Part shown: in pieces, positions 29,901 to 38,484 of the stretch
How positions within the stretch are numbered: the first letter of the stretch is position 1
Layout: each line of letters starts with the position of its first letter
Assembly: GCA_964559225.1 (NCBI GenBank)
Contig: CAZLGA010000003.1
Span: forward strand, 2,619 to 66,618
Length of the DNA stretch: 64,000 bases
Direction of reading: 5' to 3'
DNA from: an uncultured bacterium
Lineage (GTDB): Bacteria > Hydrothermota > Tepidihabitantia > SM23-42 > JAOAFX01
Made by a program: the position numbers and the translations under genes
Notes under the pieces: model-generated
What the model was told of the DNA's origin: nothing
The model's database searches: none
Seen by the model: only the letters and a program-made list of their open reading frames with translations

Positions 29901-30133
29901 GCTTCAGCAAGATAAATTGCATTCTGACGGATTTTTGACTTATCTACAATCGTCGCTGTATTAATAAAATTAACAAAAAATAAAGTAACAACACGAGATT
30001 CACCACCCCATAATTTAACATGCTCGCTATCGATTTGAGATTCTTCGGAATAAACGAGTTTTGCCCCGCAATTAGGGCAAAATTTGTATAACTCTAAAAT
30101 TTTTGAAAAGTCGCAGAAATTACACTCCCCCAT
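26951..30133 (-). CDS. Zinc ribbon - class III cyclase (C2-like) - STAND NTPase - TPR protein
   Basis: CNFC...CPNC; LTIIGDTVNVAARL intact, first Asp lost (FFVNF); GKMGIGKT; YIFRHNLLRDAVY; TPRs; start moved to ATG 30133 behind TTGACA-N16-TATACT. Confidence 0.85.
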   Translation of the reverse strand: MGECNFCDFSKILELYKFCPNCGAKLVYSEESQIDSEHVKLWGGESRVVTLFFVNFINTATIVDKSKIRQNAIYLAEAMEDCENIIKKYAGATNKIFPDNRILAAFGIPRSHRDDPERAIECILAIKDYYQHKVTKKELGDWRISFGVNTGWIFFGYVIENLSYLTIIGDTVNVAARLTQICPPDEIYLSSSVYDGVSNIVDVDFVGERKVKGRTGSVKIYRLKGLLKEKRKKVTSKFPLLGREKEFEKLVNTVRMVNETKTLKICAITGKMGIGKTRLKEEFIEFIKRDRNFNVFESYCAVEIHSPYYPFKLFFRELLNLSEYDDIKKIDEKIDKFVLNNNLTLQDAQGLKHLFITDMRRVWGDKLQKIQEEIFSAVKNILRVICNKKPLILIFEEFNRADNLSKMLVNYFVNELSDFPIFLLMVNFIDDISGKINQPFESINLTPLSFDTVKDLTKYVLNCDVDETLTEFIFRISGGNPLFVIETIRHVKRIQLIKQNEEGKWHLEKERRLPFLDDLYGVVMSGIDALSSAHRLLIDYASVIGYSFTRKIITNLLGNVPDIQERLDYLIKEDYIVQFRDSEDPVYIFRHNLLRDAVYTTLPIKKRKDIHKRIAELLENIYANCLSEYYEVLAQQFLSCERFERAGYYFKLAGDKAKTLYAIEPAMNFYNTVLRIEEEHIGVIDVEKIIDCQLNLSDLYELKGDIQRMKAIAEQGRENTHQLNLLKWNLLFTERLAVACYLLSEFKKAEDLYIGAIEKCNEEMVDILTLLYTGLGKLYQAKNEPEKSLLNYNLAWATARNKDYKEGELPCLLNLSKMHQNLGNYELSFEYLNYAQSDLIKDNEILNLAELKYLIGENYYQVGNGQNAKRYFQEAFSLTEQIGFEISLKSALNLAIIEAMQKNETEVNRYLNIVDNKISLLVRDNLLAEINLKKSISLINLNQVERAREFVNSALNLAQKLNNKEIEFYCYILLSDIDEIKAIDYLKTALTISETLKYPPLIGQALCKLALFYYEHNEIEQAHYYGCKALYVLDDIKSRLKPENRAYFTKKQEYTRLLEI

Positions 30134-30320
30134 GCTAAAATAGTATATACAAAATTTATAAAGTGTCAATAGTGATGGTTAGTAGGTGCCGGGTTTATTA
30201 GTTCAGGATGATTCGTCATAAGAACAGTTTATTCCTGAAGATGAGCGATATTATGTTGATACGGCATGGTGAAAAATTCAAAAAATTTGAACAAATGTCG
30301 TGTTAAATGTCTTCAATTAT

Positions 30321-31121
30321 TCAATTTTGGGTCAATAATTTTTCAATATCATAATATTTTCCATCCTCGGCTGCAAGGACTAATATGCCGGTTCTCTCTC
30401 TCAATTGCCTTGCAATATTCGATGGACCCTCACGGATAATAGTCATACCAAAATGGGTGATAATAGCAACCTTTGGTTTAATACCTAAAATTATCTTTTC
30501 ACAATCTGAAACTGATAGATGGTCAATTTCAGAAGATTCGAGTTTCAAAAGACTCAATATGATAATATCACCTTTATAAGCATTTATCAATTGTGGGAAA
30601 AATTTCGTATCCACAATATATGAAATTGAATAATTATTATAACTTAATGTAAAACCATAAGTCTCAACACGATGTTCGTGCTTGATGGGAAATTTAATTT
30701 TTAATCCGTTTAATTCAACTTCAAATCCGGGCATAATTATTTTTATTTCTTTTAAAAACTCTAATAAATAATCAAATATTACCCCTCCTTTACCAAATGC
30801 ATCACTCGGTGCCAATAAGACTCCATTCTTTTTAAATCCACCCTGGGTTAACACATCAAGGTAAACATTTATATCTGCTGAGTGGTCAATATGTTTATGA
30901 GTCAAAATTATAGCATCAATCTTTTCAGGATTAAATTTGGGCAAATATGTTAAGAAGCGATAATATGACTCCGGACCAGGGTCAACAAGAATATTCTTTC
31001 CCCCTATTCTAAAAAAAATCCCACCGGTTGCTCGTAGCTGTCTGGCAATAACAAACCGTGCCCCACCCGTACCTAAAAAAATGATTTTGTCTTTCTTCGA
31101 TTCTTTAGTTTTTCTCGGCAT
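30321..31121 (-). CDS. Metallo-beta-lactamase-fold hydrolase
   Basis: FLGTGG, ILVDPGP, THKHIDH (HxHxDH), HLS and THFG metal motifs. Confidence 0.85.
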   Translation of the reverse strand: MPRKTKESKKDKIIFLGTGGARFVIARQLRATGGIFFRIGGKNILVDPGPESYYRFLTYLPKFNPEKIDAIILTHKHIDHSADINVYLDVLTQGGFKKNGVLLAPSDAFGKGGVIFDYLLEFLKEIKIIMPGFEVELNGLKIKFPIKHEHRVETYGFTLSYNNYSISYIVDTKFFPQLINAYKGDIIILSLLKLESSEIDHLSVSDCEKIILGIKPKVAIITHFGMTIIREGPSNIARQLRERTGILVLAAEDGKYYDIEKLLTQN

Positions 31122-31175
31122 TTAAATAGTTTTGCACGAATTGTTATAAAAATAGATAAAAAGTACAATCATAAT

Positions 31176-31739
31176 CTATGTCGTCTCCCTGTCAATGATT
31201 TTCAAAATCTCTGCGATGGTCTCCTCAAGGTTTATATTTTTCACGACATATTTGTAATCTTTCATATACTTTAATTCCTCATTCGCAGTTTTAAGACGGT
31301 TCTCAATCTCCTTTTCATTATCGGTATTCCTTTTTATCAATCTGTTTTTAAGCTCTTCAAAATCAGGGGGCAAGACAAATATATAAATTCCGTCCGGGTA
31401 AAGGGACATTAATTGCTTTGCACCCTGGACATCAATATCCATTAAAACATGAAAACCGTTTTCTAATTTATTTTCCAAAAAATCTCTGGGCGTTCCATAA
31501 TAATGTCCGTGCACAATTGCATACTCGGCGAACTTACCCTCAGCAATCCAGCGTTTAAATTCGTTTTCAGTAAGAAAAAAATATTCTCTTCCGTTTACTT
31601 CGTCTTTTCTCCTTGCCCTTGAGGTTGCAGAAATGGAATATACTATATCTTTACGCCTTGCTACTATTCCATTACAGATGGTGGTCTTACCAACACCGGA
31701 TGGACCGGAAATAACTATCAATTTTGTTTTTTTACTCAA
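31176..31739 (-). CDS. gmk: Guanylate kinase
   Basis: SGPSGVGKTT, EVNGREYFF, HGHYYGT, LMDIDVQGA. Confidence 0.95.
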   Translation of the reverse strand: MSKKTKLIVISGPSGVGKTTICNGIVARRKDIVYSISATSRARRKDEVNGREYFFLTENEFKRWIAEGKFAEYAIVHGHYYGTPRDFLENKLENGFHVLMDIDVQGAKQLMSLYPDGIYIFVLPPDFEELKNRLIKRNTDNEKEIENRLKTANEELKYMKDYKYVVKNINLEETIAEILKIIDRETT

Positions 31740-32613
31740 TGTTCTGAACCTGCTCTCTGATTTTTTCTATCGCCTCTTTAATATTAACTACCGATTCGCT
31801 GATGCTGAGATAATTGGCCTTAACACTTAAAGTATTTGCCTCTCTCTGCATCTCCTGTAGTAAAAAATTGAGACGTCGTCCGGGATATTTTTCATTGTCA
31901 AGGGCATCTTTAAATGCCCTGATATGTCCTGATAATCTTGAATATTCTTCTGCGACATCGGTTCTATCTGCAATATAAAGCATCTCCTGATATAATCTTG
32001 AGCGATCTATATTTTCGTTTATTTCTTTTATCAAATCATTTAAATGTTTTTTGTAGTATTCATTCCTCTTTGGTATCATTATTTTAATCTTTTCAACCTC
32101 CTGTTCTATATCACCGAGGATTTTCAAAATTTCCTGTTTAGTATGTTCCCCCTCCCTTTTCTTTGCCATTAACAGTTCATTCAATGCCCGATTAAAAATA
32201 GGTTTAAAATTTTTGAATATCAATTTTGTATCCGTCTGATTCTGACTTATTCTTATCAAACCCGGTATAGCAAGTAGCGTATTTATATTTAGTGAACCAG
32301 TTACTTTATGCTTCTTCTTAATTTCTCGCGCAACAGCTAAATATGCATCAAGTAATTCTTTATCAACCTCAAATCTGTTACCTAAGATTTCACGATCCTG
32401 TTGAACCACGACAACTATATGCCCACGACAAATGTTTTCCTGCAAAATTTTCTTTATCTCCTCTTCAAACGGGTTGAAAGAACTCGGCAACTTAAGGGAT
32501 ATATCAAGAAACCGATGGTTATACGACCTTATCTCCACATCAAATCTTATTGGTGGATTTTTTATTTCACCGCTTGCCCTGCCTATCCCGGTCATGCTAT
32601 AAGGCATAATCAA
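31732..32613 (-). CDS. yicC: YicC/YloC family endoribonuclease
   Basis: SMTGIG, IRSYNHRFLD, DVAEEYSRL, GRRLNFLLQEMQREANT, IREQVQNIE; ATG 32607 may be the real start. Confidence 0.9.
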   Translation of the reverse strand: MIMPYSMTGIGRASGEIKNPPIRFDVEIRSYNHRFLDISLKLPSSFNPFEEEIKKILQENICRGHIVVVVQQDREILGNRFEVDKELLDAYLAVAREIKKKHKVTGSLNINTLLAIPGLIRISQNQTDTKLIFKNFKPIFNRALNELLMAKKREGEHTKQEILKILGDIEQEVEKIKIMIPKRNEYYKKHLNDLIKEINENIDRSRLYQEMLYIADRTDVAEEYSRLSGHIRAFKDALDNEKYPGRRLNFLLQEMQREANTLSVKANYLSISESVVNIKEAIEKIREQVQNIE

Positions 32614-33047
32614 ACCTCCAGAATGATTGTAACAGGACCATTATTTTCAAGACTCACAAGCATCCTCTCACCGAAAACACCCGATTTTGTTGTAATACCA
32701 TTAGTTTTCAACCGCTCAATAAAAAACTCATATAATCTCTTCGCACGCTCTGGCTCTTCAGCATTGGTAAAAGATGGCCTCCTGCCCCTGCTTGTGTCAG
32801 CGAGCAAAGTAAATTGAGATACAACTAATGCCTCACCATTGATGTCTTTTAGTGAAAGATTAAATTTTCCATTACTATCCTCAAAAATTCTCAAATTCAC
32901 ACAGGTTTGTGCCAAATCCTCTGCGGTTTCTTCCGCATCGCCTTTTTTCACACCAAGCAATATCAACAGCCCCTCCCCGATTCTGGAAATTGTCTTATCT
33001 CCTATTATGACTTCTGCTCTTTTTACTCTTTGTAAAACCGCCTTCAC
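32610..33047 (-). CDS. dtd: D-aminoacyl-tRNA deacylase
   Basis: MKAVLQRV, VSQFTL, GRRPSF, NNGPVT. Confidence 0.95.
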   Translation of the reverse strand: MKAVLQRVKRAEVIIGDKTISRIGEGLLILLGVKKGDAEETAEDLAQTCVNLRIFEDSNGKFNLSLKDINGEALVVSQFTLLADTSRGRRPSFTNAEEPERAKRLYEFFIERLKTNGITTKSGVFGERMLVSLENNGPVTIILEV

Positions 33048-33655
33048 TTTGAAATTACCTCAACAATTGACTTCGCAAAATCCTTTGCTGCTTGTGGTCC
33101 TGAACCAGTAATAACATTATCACTGATTTCTATATCTGAACCTGTATATTCTCCACAATGCGGTCGGATCTCATCTGCTACTCCGGGATAAACAGTTACC
33201 TTTTTATCTCTAAGAATCCCGGCCCTTGCCAGAGCAACCGGAGCAATACAGATCGCAGCAACAGTCTTGTTTTTTTCATAAAAATTATTGATAACCGAGT
33301 GCAGTATTTTATCATCCCAGAGTTCTTTACAACCAGTTCCACCTACAATAATCAACGCAACAAAACTGTCAGGAATTACTTGAGATATTAGAATTTCGGG
33401 TTTTACTATCATACCCAGCATACCCCTTGAGGGCGTGGTATCAGTAGAGGCAACGATAACCCTAAATCCTGAATTTTTTAAAAGTTCGAAGGGTTCCTTA
33501 AATTCTTCATCTCGAAAATCATTGTGAGCGATGACAATCAACACGGACTTTTTTTGAAAAACTTTATCCTCGGTCTTATGCAATGTTGTTATTTGTTCTT
33601 TGCCACCTCCACAAAACAAAATAAATAGTAACCCGAGAATAAAATTCCTTTTCAT
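33044..33655 (-). CDS. DJ-1/PfpI family protein with lipoprotein-like signal
   Basis: MKRNFILGLLFILFC-GGG; FRDEE, IIVGGTG, AAICIAP; SD AGGAGG before ATG 33655. Confidence 0.8.
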   Translation of the reverse strand: MKRNFILGLLFILFCGGGKEQITTLHKTEDKVFQKKSVLIVIAHNDFRDEEFKEPFELLKNSGFRVIVASTDTTPSRGMLGMIVKPEILISQVIPDSFVALIIVGGTGCKELWDDKILHSVINNFYEKNKTVAAICIAPVALARAGILRDKKVTVYPGVADEIRPHCGEYTGSDIEISDNVITGSGPQAAKDFAKSIVEVISK

Positions 33656-33680
33656 AGAGCCTCCTAATTTCAATTTAGAA

Positions 33681-33752
33681 AGCGGGAGACGGGATTCGAA
33701 CCCGCAACCAACGGCTTGGAAGGCCGTGACTCTACCATTGAGCTACTCCCGC
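33681..33752 (-). tRNA. tRNA-Gly(TCC)
   Basis: GCGGGAG acceptor, anticodon arm ACGGC-CT-TCC-AA-GCCGT, GGTTCGAATCC; promoter TTGACT-N16-TATAAT. Confidence 0.93.
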
Positions 33753-33867
33753 ATAACACGTTCCCAAAATTTTGAAGCTTGTAATAATTATACCTGTTTG
33801 GAAGAAAAAGTCAACAATCAAAAAACAAATCCTTGACAATTTTCTATACATCATTATACTAATTGTG

Positions 33868-35430
33868 ATGGCTGTAAATATACAGGAAGTCGCGATAGAC
33901 CTCATTAAAACAATAAAAGCAGCACAAATCTATCAAACAAGTCATCCAAGTTTCAAAAATTTTTTTACCCAGTTTTACAAAGATATCACCCAGTATCTAA
34001 AAACCAGTTATGAACTCATTCTCAAAATAGAAAGATTTTCAATACGATACGAAGAAAGAATTATCTATGAAGAAACTGAAAAAGATATCAGTGTTGCCTT
34101 CAGACTCTTCAAAGATGGAATAAGGGAAATTAAATTTACTGAAGGTATCACAGAAGATGAACTATTGGTCTTTGTAGAAATCATAAGCCGTTCTGACCGT
34201 GACCAGGATATTGCTTTAAATCTTTGGGAATGCGATTTTTCACATATAACTTTCTATGTTGTAGAAGAAGAGGAAGAAGAGACACTCGTATATACCATAC
34301 CCGAATTACCAAAACTTGAAATAAATTATGATGATACGGTGCGAGGAATTCTAACCAAAGAAAAGATTGACTTTGCCGATAAAATCTCTACGGAAATAAC
34401 CCCCGAGGAATTAAGAACTTTAAAATCGGAAATCGGTGAAATAGAAAGTCAAACCGAACTTGGTATTGTAATCACGACATTGATTGATGTGTTAAAAAAT
34501 ACAAAATCGCCAGAAGTCATTGAGGCACTTGCTGAAATCCTTGAACTCTGTATCAATAGTAATGATTTCAAAAATGCAATTTTAATTGTAAATTACCTGT
34601 GGAATTATGCAGATATAAACCTCATCCCAAGAATAGAAAACGAAGGAATGATTGCAAGTTTTGCCGAACTACCGGATGCTCTTGATAACCAATCATTCAG
34701 CGACTTTGTTGCCCTGATTGGCTTTTTCTCAAAAAAAACAATTCCCTGGTTTATCCGCATTCTAAAAAATGTAAAAAATGATGAGCGCTTGCGGGTTCTA
34801 CAGGAACGACTGGCTTATATCTGTCAGGGTGATGTTGAACCAATTTTAATTTTTTTAAAAGAAAGGGACATTAGAGTTCTAACAAGTGCAATTGTAATCC
34901 TGGGAATTATAAAAAACCCTTCTGGTATTTCACACTTAAAAGCCTTAGCTCTGCATCCTTCTCCTCTGGTACGAAAGTCAATAGTAGACGCCCTAACTGA
35001 ATTTGGTGATACCAAAATGATTTCTGATTTCCTTGAAGATACGGATGTAAATGTAAGGATAAGGGCACTCCAGGCTCTGGAAAAATTAGGAGGGTACAGT
35101 CCTATTTATCAAAAGTTGATTAAAACAATAAAGCACCGTGAATTTCTTAATTTAAATTACAATGAACAGAAGGCATATTTTAATTGTCTGGTTGCTAATG
35201 GGAATAAAAAGCTCATAAAAGACCTGGAAAAAATTTTATTTAAATGGGTTTTATTCGGTAAACAGAAATATTTAGTAAAAAGACAATTATCAGCGCAAGC
35301 CCTTGCGAAAGTCGGTAATGAAACCGCCATTTCAATTCTCAGAAAGGGAATGCAGAAAAGGAATGAAGATATAAGGGCGGTGTGTGAAACTGCCTTGAGA
35401 TTTACAGAAAGGAAAAATAAAAATGAGTAA
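33868..35430 (+). CDS. HEAT repeat protein (partner of HD-GYP gene)
   Basis: IYQTSHP...FKDGIREIKF N-domain; HEAT repeats (PLVRKSIVDAL, VNVRIRALQAL); ATG 33868 lies 7 nt after TTGACA-N16-TATACT. Confidence 0.75.
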   Translation: MAVNIQEVAIDLIKTIKAAQIYQTSHPSFKNFFTQFYKDITQYLKTSYELILKIERFSIRYEERIIYEETEKDISVAFRLFKDGIREIKFTEGITEDELLVFVEIISRSDRDQDIALNLWECDFSHITFYVVEEEEEETLVYTIPELPKLEINYDDTVRGILTKEKIDFADKISTEITPEELRTLKSEIGEIESQTELGIVITTLIDVLKNTKSPEVIEALAEILELCINSNDFKNAILIVNYLWNYADINLIPRIENEGMIASFAELPDALDNQSFSDFVALIGFFSKKTIPWFIRILKNVKNDERLRVLQERLAYICQGDVEPILIFLKERDIRVLTSAIVILGIIKNPSGISHLKALALHPSPLVRKSIVDALTEFGDTKMISDFLEDTDVNVRIRALQALEKLGGYSPIYQKLIKTIKHREFLNLNYNEQKAYFNCLVANGNKKLIKDLEKILFKWVLFGKQKYLVKRQLSAQALAKVGNETAISILRKGMQKRNEDIRAVCETALRFTERKNKNE

Positions 35431-36790
35431 GCACGATAAAGATTTTATTACCAACCTTTATGCCCTTATAAAAGCGACTTTTGTCTATGATTTTAACAAC
35501 GATGTTGTGGTAAATCTTGTAAATAAGATTATGAGTCAGGCAACAGCTTTACTCCAAACAAGCAATCAGATTGAAATTATGAGATATCGCGATTATATAT
35601 TTTTTAATAAAATAAGAATGCGCTTTGAAATCGAAGGTTATGCGAGTTTACAATTCATAGAGGACAATTTAAAAAAACTTGGAATAAAATCAATTATCTT
35701 ATTACCAGGTTTAAAAGCCCAGGAAATACTGAAATTTGCATCCCTCTTTAAACTTAACCGAGAGGGATTTATTCAAAAATATAATGAAATCAAATTTAGC
35801 TCAATTAATGTTGAATTTTATACCGAGCAGGAAGAGACAATTCCTGAATTTCTTAAAGATGGAGAACAAATAAAAAAGACATATTTTAAGGCGTTAAAAG
35901 TAACAAAAAATTTAATACAGAACCTCTGGAATCGTCAACCTGTCGATACTAAAAGTTTTCGCAGGGTAATCTATACATTGATTGATAGTTTGAGTCAGGA
36001 TGAATTTGGATTAACTGCCCTCACTGCTATAAAAAATTTTGATGAATATACATATAACCATTCATTGAATGTCGGTGTCCTTTCTCTGGCTGTTGGTCAG
36101 CGCCTTAACCTGGAACGGAAAAATCTTGTAAAACTTGGAACTAGTGGATTACTCCATGATATTGGGAAAGTAGCAATTCCAAAAACTTTGATTGATAAAA
36201 ACGAACCACTGACGAAAGAAGAATGGGAAATTATGAAAAAACATTCGGTTTTTGGAGTAAGTGAAATAATAAAAACAAGGGGGCTGGACGATATTGCCTT
36301 TGCTTCACTTCTGGCAGCTTATCAGCACCACTGGAATTATGATGGAAGCGGTTATCCAGAAAAACTAAATCCCAAAATGCAACCCAATCTCTTTGCCCGG
36401 ATAATTCGCATCTGTGATGCCTATGATGCGATGACCACATCAAGGCCCTATCAGATTCTGGCCTACCTCCCTGCTGTAGCAATCCGAGTTATCTGGGTGC
36501 ATGCCGGGACTTATTTTGACCGACTCCTTACTAAAGTTTTCATCCAGATTTTAGGAATTTATCCGGTGAGCAGCTGTGTTGAGCTTAATAATGAAGAAAT
36601 CGCGATTGTTTTACGTCAGAACCCTGCTCATATTGATAGACCGATTATCAAAATTGTTTTGAATAGTAAAAAAGAAAAAACAAATGGACCTATTGTCGAC
36701 CTTGGTTTAGAGAAAAATCTAAATATTCTGAGGGCAATTTATCCACAAAAATATGATATAAATCCTGCTGAACATCTTATTACAATATAA
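35423..36790 (+). CDS. HD-GYP domain phosphodiesterase
   Basis: YTYNHSLNV, LLHDIGK, HHWNYDGSGYP, ICDAYDAMTTSRPY. Confidence 0.88.
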   Translation: MSKHDKDFITNLYALIKATFVYDFNNDVVVNLVNKIMSQATALLQTSNQIEIMRYRDYIFFNKIRMRFEIEGYASLQFIEDNLKKLGIKSIILLPGLKAQEILKFASLFKLNREGFIQKYNEIKFSSINVEFYTEQEETIPEFLKDGEQIKKTYFKALKVTKNLIQNLWNRQPVDTKSFRRVIYTLIDSLSQDEFGLTALTAIKNFDEYTYNHSLNVGVLSLAVGQRLNLERKNLVKLGTSGLLHDIGKVAIPKTLIDKNEPLTKEEWEIMKKHSVFGVSEIIKTRGLDDIAFASLLAAYQHHWNYDGSGYPEKLNPKMQPNLFARIIRICDAYDAMTTSRPYQILAYLPAVAIRVIWVHAGTYFDRLLTKVFIQILGIYPVSSCVELNNEEIAIVLRQNPAHIDRPIIKIVLNSKKEKTNGPIVDLGLEKNLNILRAIYPQKYDINPAEHLITI

Positions 36791-36838
36791 CAAAACTTTT
36801 CTATTGACTTTTGAATATCTATGGATAAAATTGAACTT

Positions 36839-37456
36839 ATGAATAGGAACATTGCGGTTTTGGCTTCAGGCCGTGGTTCAAATCTTGAGGCGATTATAAA
36901 AAATATTGAGAATGGAACCTGTATTGCCAACCTTGTGCTCGTTATCAGTGACAATCCTGGTGCAGGAGCATTGCAAATCGCCCGCGACCACAATATAAAA
37001 GCATTGTATCTTGACCCCGGACCAAAAAAGACCTGGCTTTTACCGGAATATGAAGAAAACTATGTAAAGGTATTAAAAGAGCATAATGTCTATCTTGTGT
37101 GTCTTGCAGGATTTATGAGAATAATCAAACAACCGTTATTGAGTGCCTTTCCGAATAGAATTTTGAATATTCATCCATCACTTCTGCCTGCGTTCCCCGG
37201 GCTTGATGTTCAAAGAAAAGCACTTGAATATGGTGTTAAATATTCTGGATGTACTGTTCATTTTGTTGATGAGTCAGTTGATGGAGGGCCCATCATCACG
37301 CAGGCGGTAGTTCCTATTTACGACAATGATACTCCAGAGATACTGGCGGAGAGAATTCTGAGAGAAGAACACAGGATATATACCGAAGCAATAAATCTTA
37401 TTTTATCAGGCAAATTTAGAATAATTGGAAGAAGGGTCATTCGGGAAGAATCTTGA
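36839..37456 (+). CDS. purN: Phosphoribosylglycinamide formyltransferase
   Basis: LASGRGSNL, LAGFMRI, NIHPSLLP, GCTVHFV, DGGPII; start ATG 36839, 7 nt after TTGACT-N16-TAAAAT. Confidence 0.95.
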   Translation: MNRNIAVLASGRGSNLEAIIKNIENGTCIANLVLVISDNPGAGALQIARDHNIKALYLDPGPKKTWLLPEYEENYVKVLKEHNVYLVCLAGFMRIIKQPLLSAFPNRILNIHPSLLPAFPGLDVQRKALEYGVKYSGCTVHFVDESVDGGPIITQAVVPIYDNDTPEILAERILREEHRIYTEAINLILSGKFRIIGRRVIREES

Positions 37457-38367
37457 TAAAATATTTTGCGATTTGTAACAATAAAATCACTGAAAGTAAC
37501 AAAGACTCAGCAACCATATATTATTTTATAAATCCGGACGACAATGAAAAAAAATTCCTCATCGAAAATTATAGAATTGATGACCATACACTAAATTCTG
37601 CACTTGATCCTAATGAACTTGCTCGTATGGAATTTGAGCCAGAACATATCGCCATAATTTTAAAGAGGCCCAAAAAATATGAAGCGCGAGACCAATTGTT
37701 ATTTAGAGTTCCTACTGTCGGCATTTTCTTTTTTAAACACACCTTAATTATTGTTTCGGCAGAAGATATTACATTATTTGATGGTAAGCTTTTTGCAAAT
37801 GTTTCTTCATTAACCGAATTACTACTTAAAATAATCTATCGTTCGATACATCACTTTGTTGACCATTTAAAAGTTATAAATTTGATCACTGATGAACTGG
37901 AACAGAAGATCAATCGTTCCATGGAAAATCGCTATTTAATAAGTATGTTCTCATTGGAAAAGAGTCTGGTCTACTACCTTGATGCCATCCATTCTAATGG
38001 TGCACTCATTGAAAAACTTAAACACAATGCAACAAAATTTGAATTAGACCAGGAACTTCTCGAATTACTTGACGACATTACGATTGAAAATAATCAGTGT
38101 TATGAGCAGGCTCAAAATTATTCAGAAATTCTTGCAAGTTTAATGGATGCCCGTGCTTCTATTGTGAGCAACAACTTAAATATTTTGATAAAAGTATTAA
38201 ACATTATTACTATTCTTCTAATGGTGCCAACAATGGTTGTTTCTATATTTTCAATGAATGTTTCCTTACCTATACAGGGACATCCCTATGCATTCTGGAT
38301 TATCCTTGGAATAGCTGGATTTTGTGTCTTAATAGTTATCTTTATTTGGTGGAGATTGAGACTGTGA
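37453..38367 (+). CDS. corA: CorA family Mg/Co transporter
   Basis: LDPNELARME, SIVSNNLN, FSMNV (GMN-like) signature, two C-terminal TM helices. Confidence 0.85.
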   Translation: MIKYFAICNNKITESNKDSATIYYFINPDDNEKKFLIENYRIDDHTLNSALDPNELARMEFEPEHIAIILKRPKKYEARDQLLFRVPTVGIFFFKHTLIIVSAEDITLFDGKLFANVSSLTELLLKIIYRSIHHFVDHLKVINLITDELEQKINRSMENRYLISMFSLEKSLVYYLDAIHSNGALIEKLKHNATKFELDQELLELLDDITIENNQCYEQAQNYSEILASLMDARASIVSNNLNILIKVLNIITILLMVPTMVVSIFSMNVSLPIQGHPYAFWIILGIAGFCVLIVIFIWWRLRL

Positions 38368-38484
38368 GAAAATTGGTACTCGTTTGATGATTGCAAAAAG
38401 CGAAACGGTTTCTTATATTTACTTGGGAACAACGACTGACGAAACGCTCTTCGAAATCGTTTACCGATAAACGATCTGTTAGTA

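Noticed and set aside
30185-30246. SAM-I riboswitch (GGTGCC...CCTGAAGATGAG)
   Set aside because: Only resembles the 3' half; the 5' core is missing and it is antisense to the downstream gene
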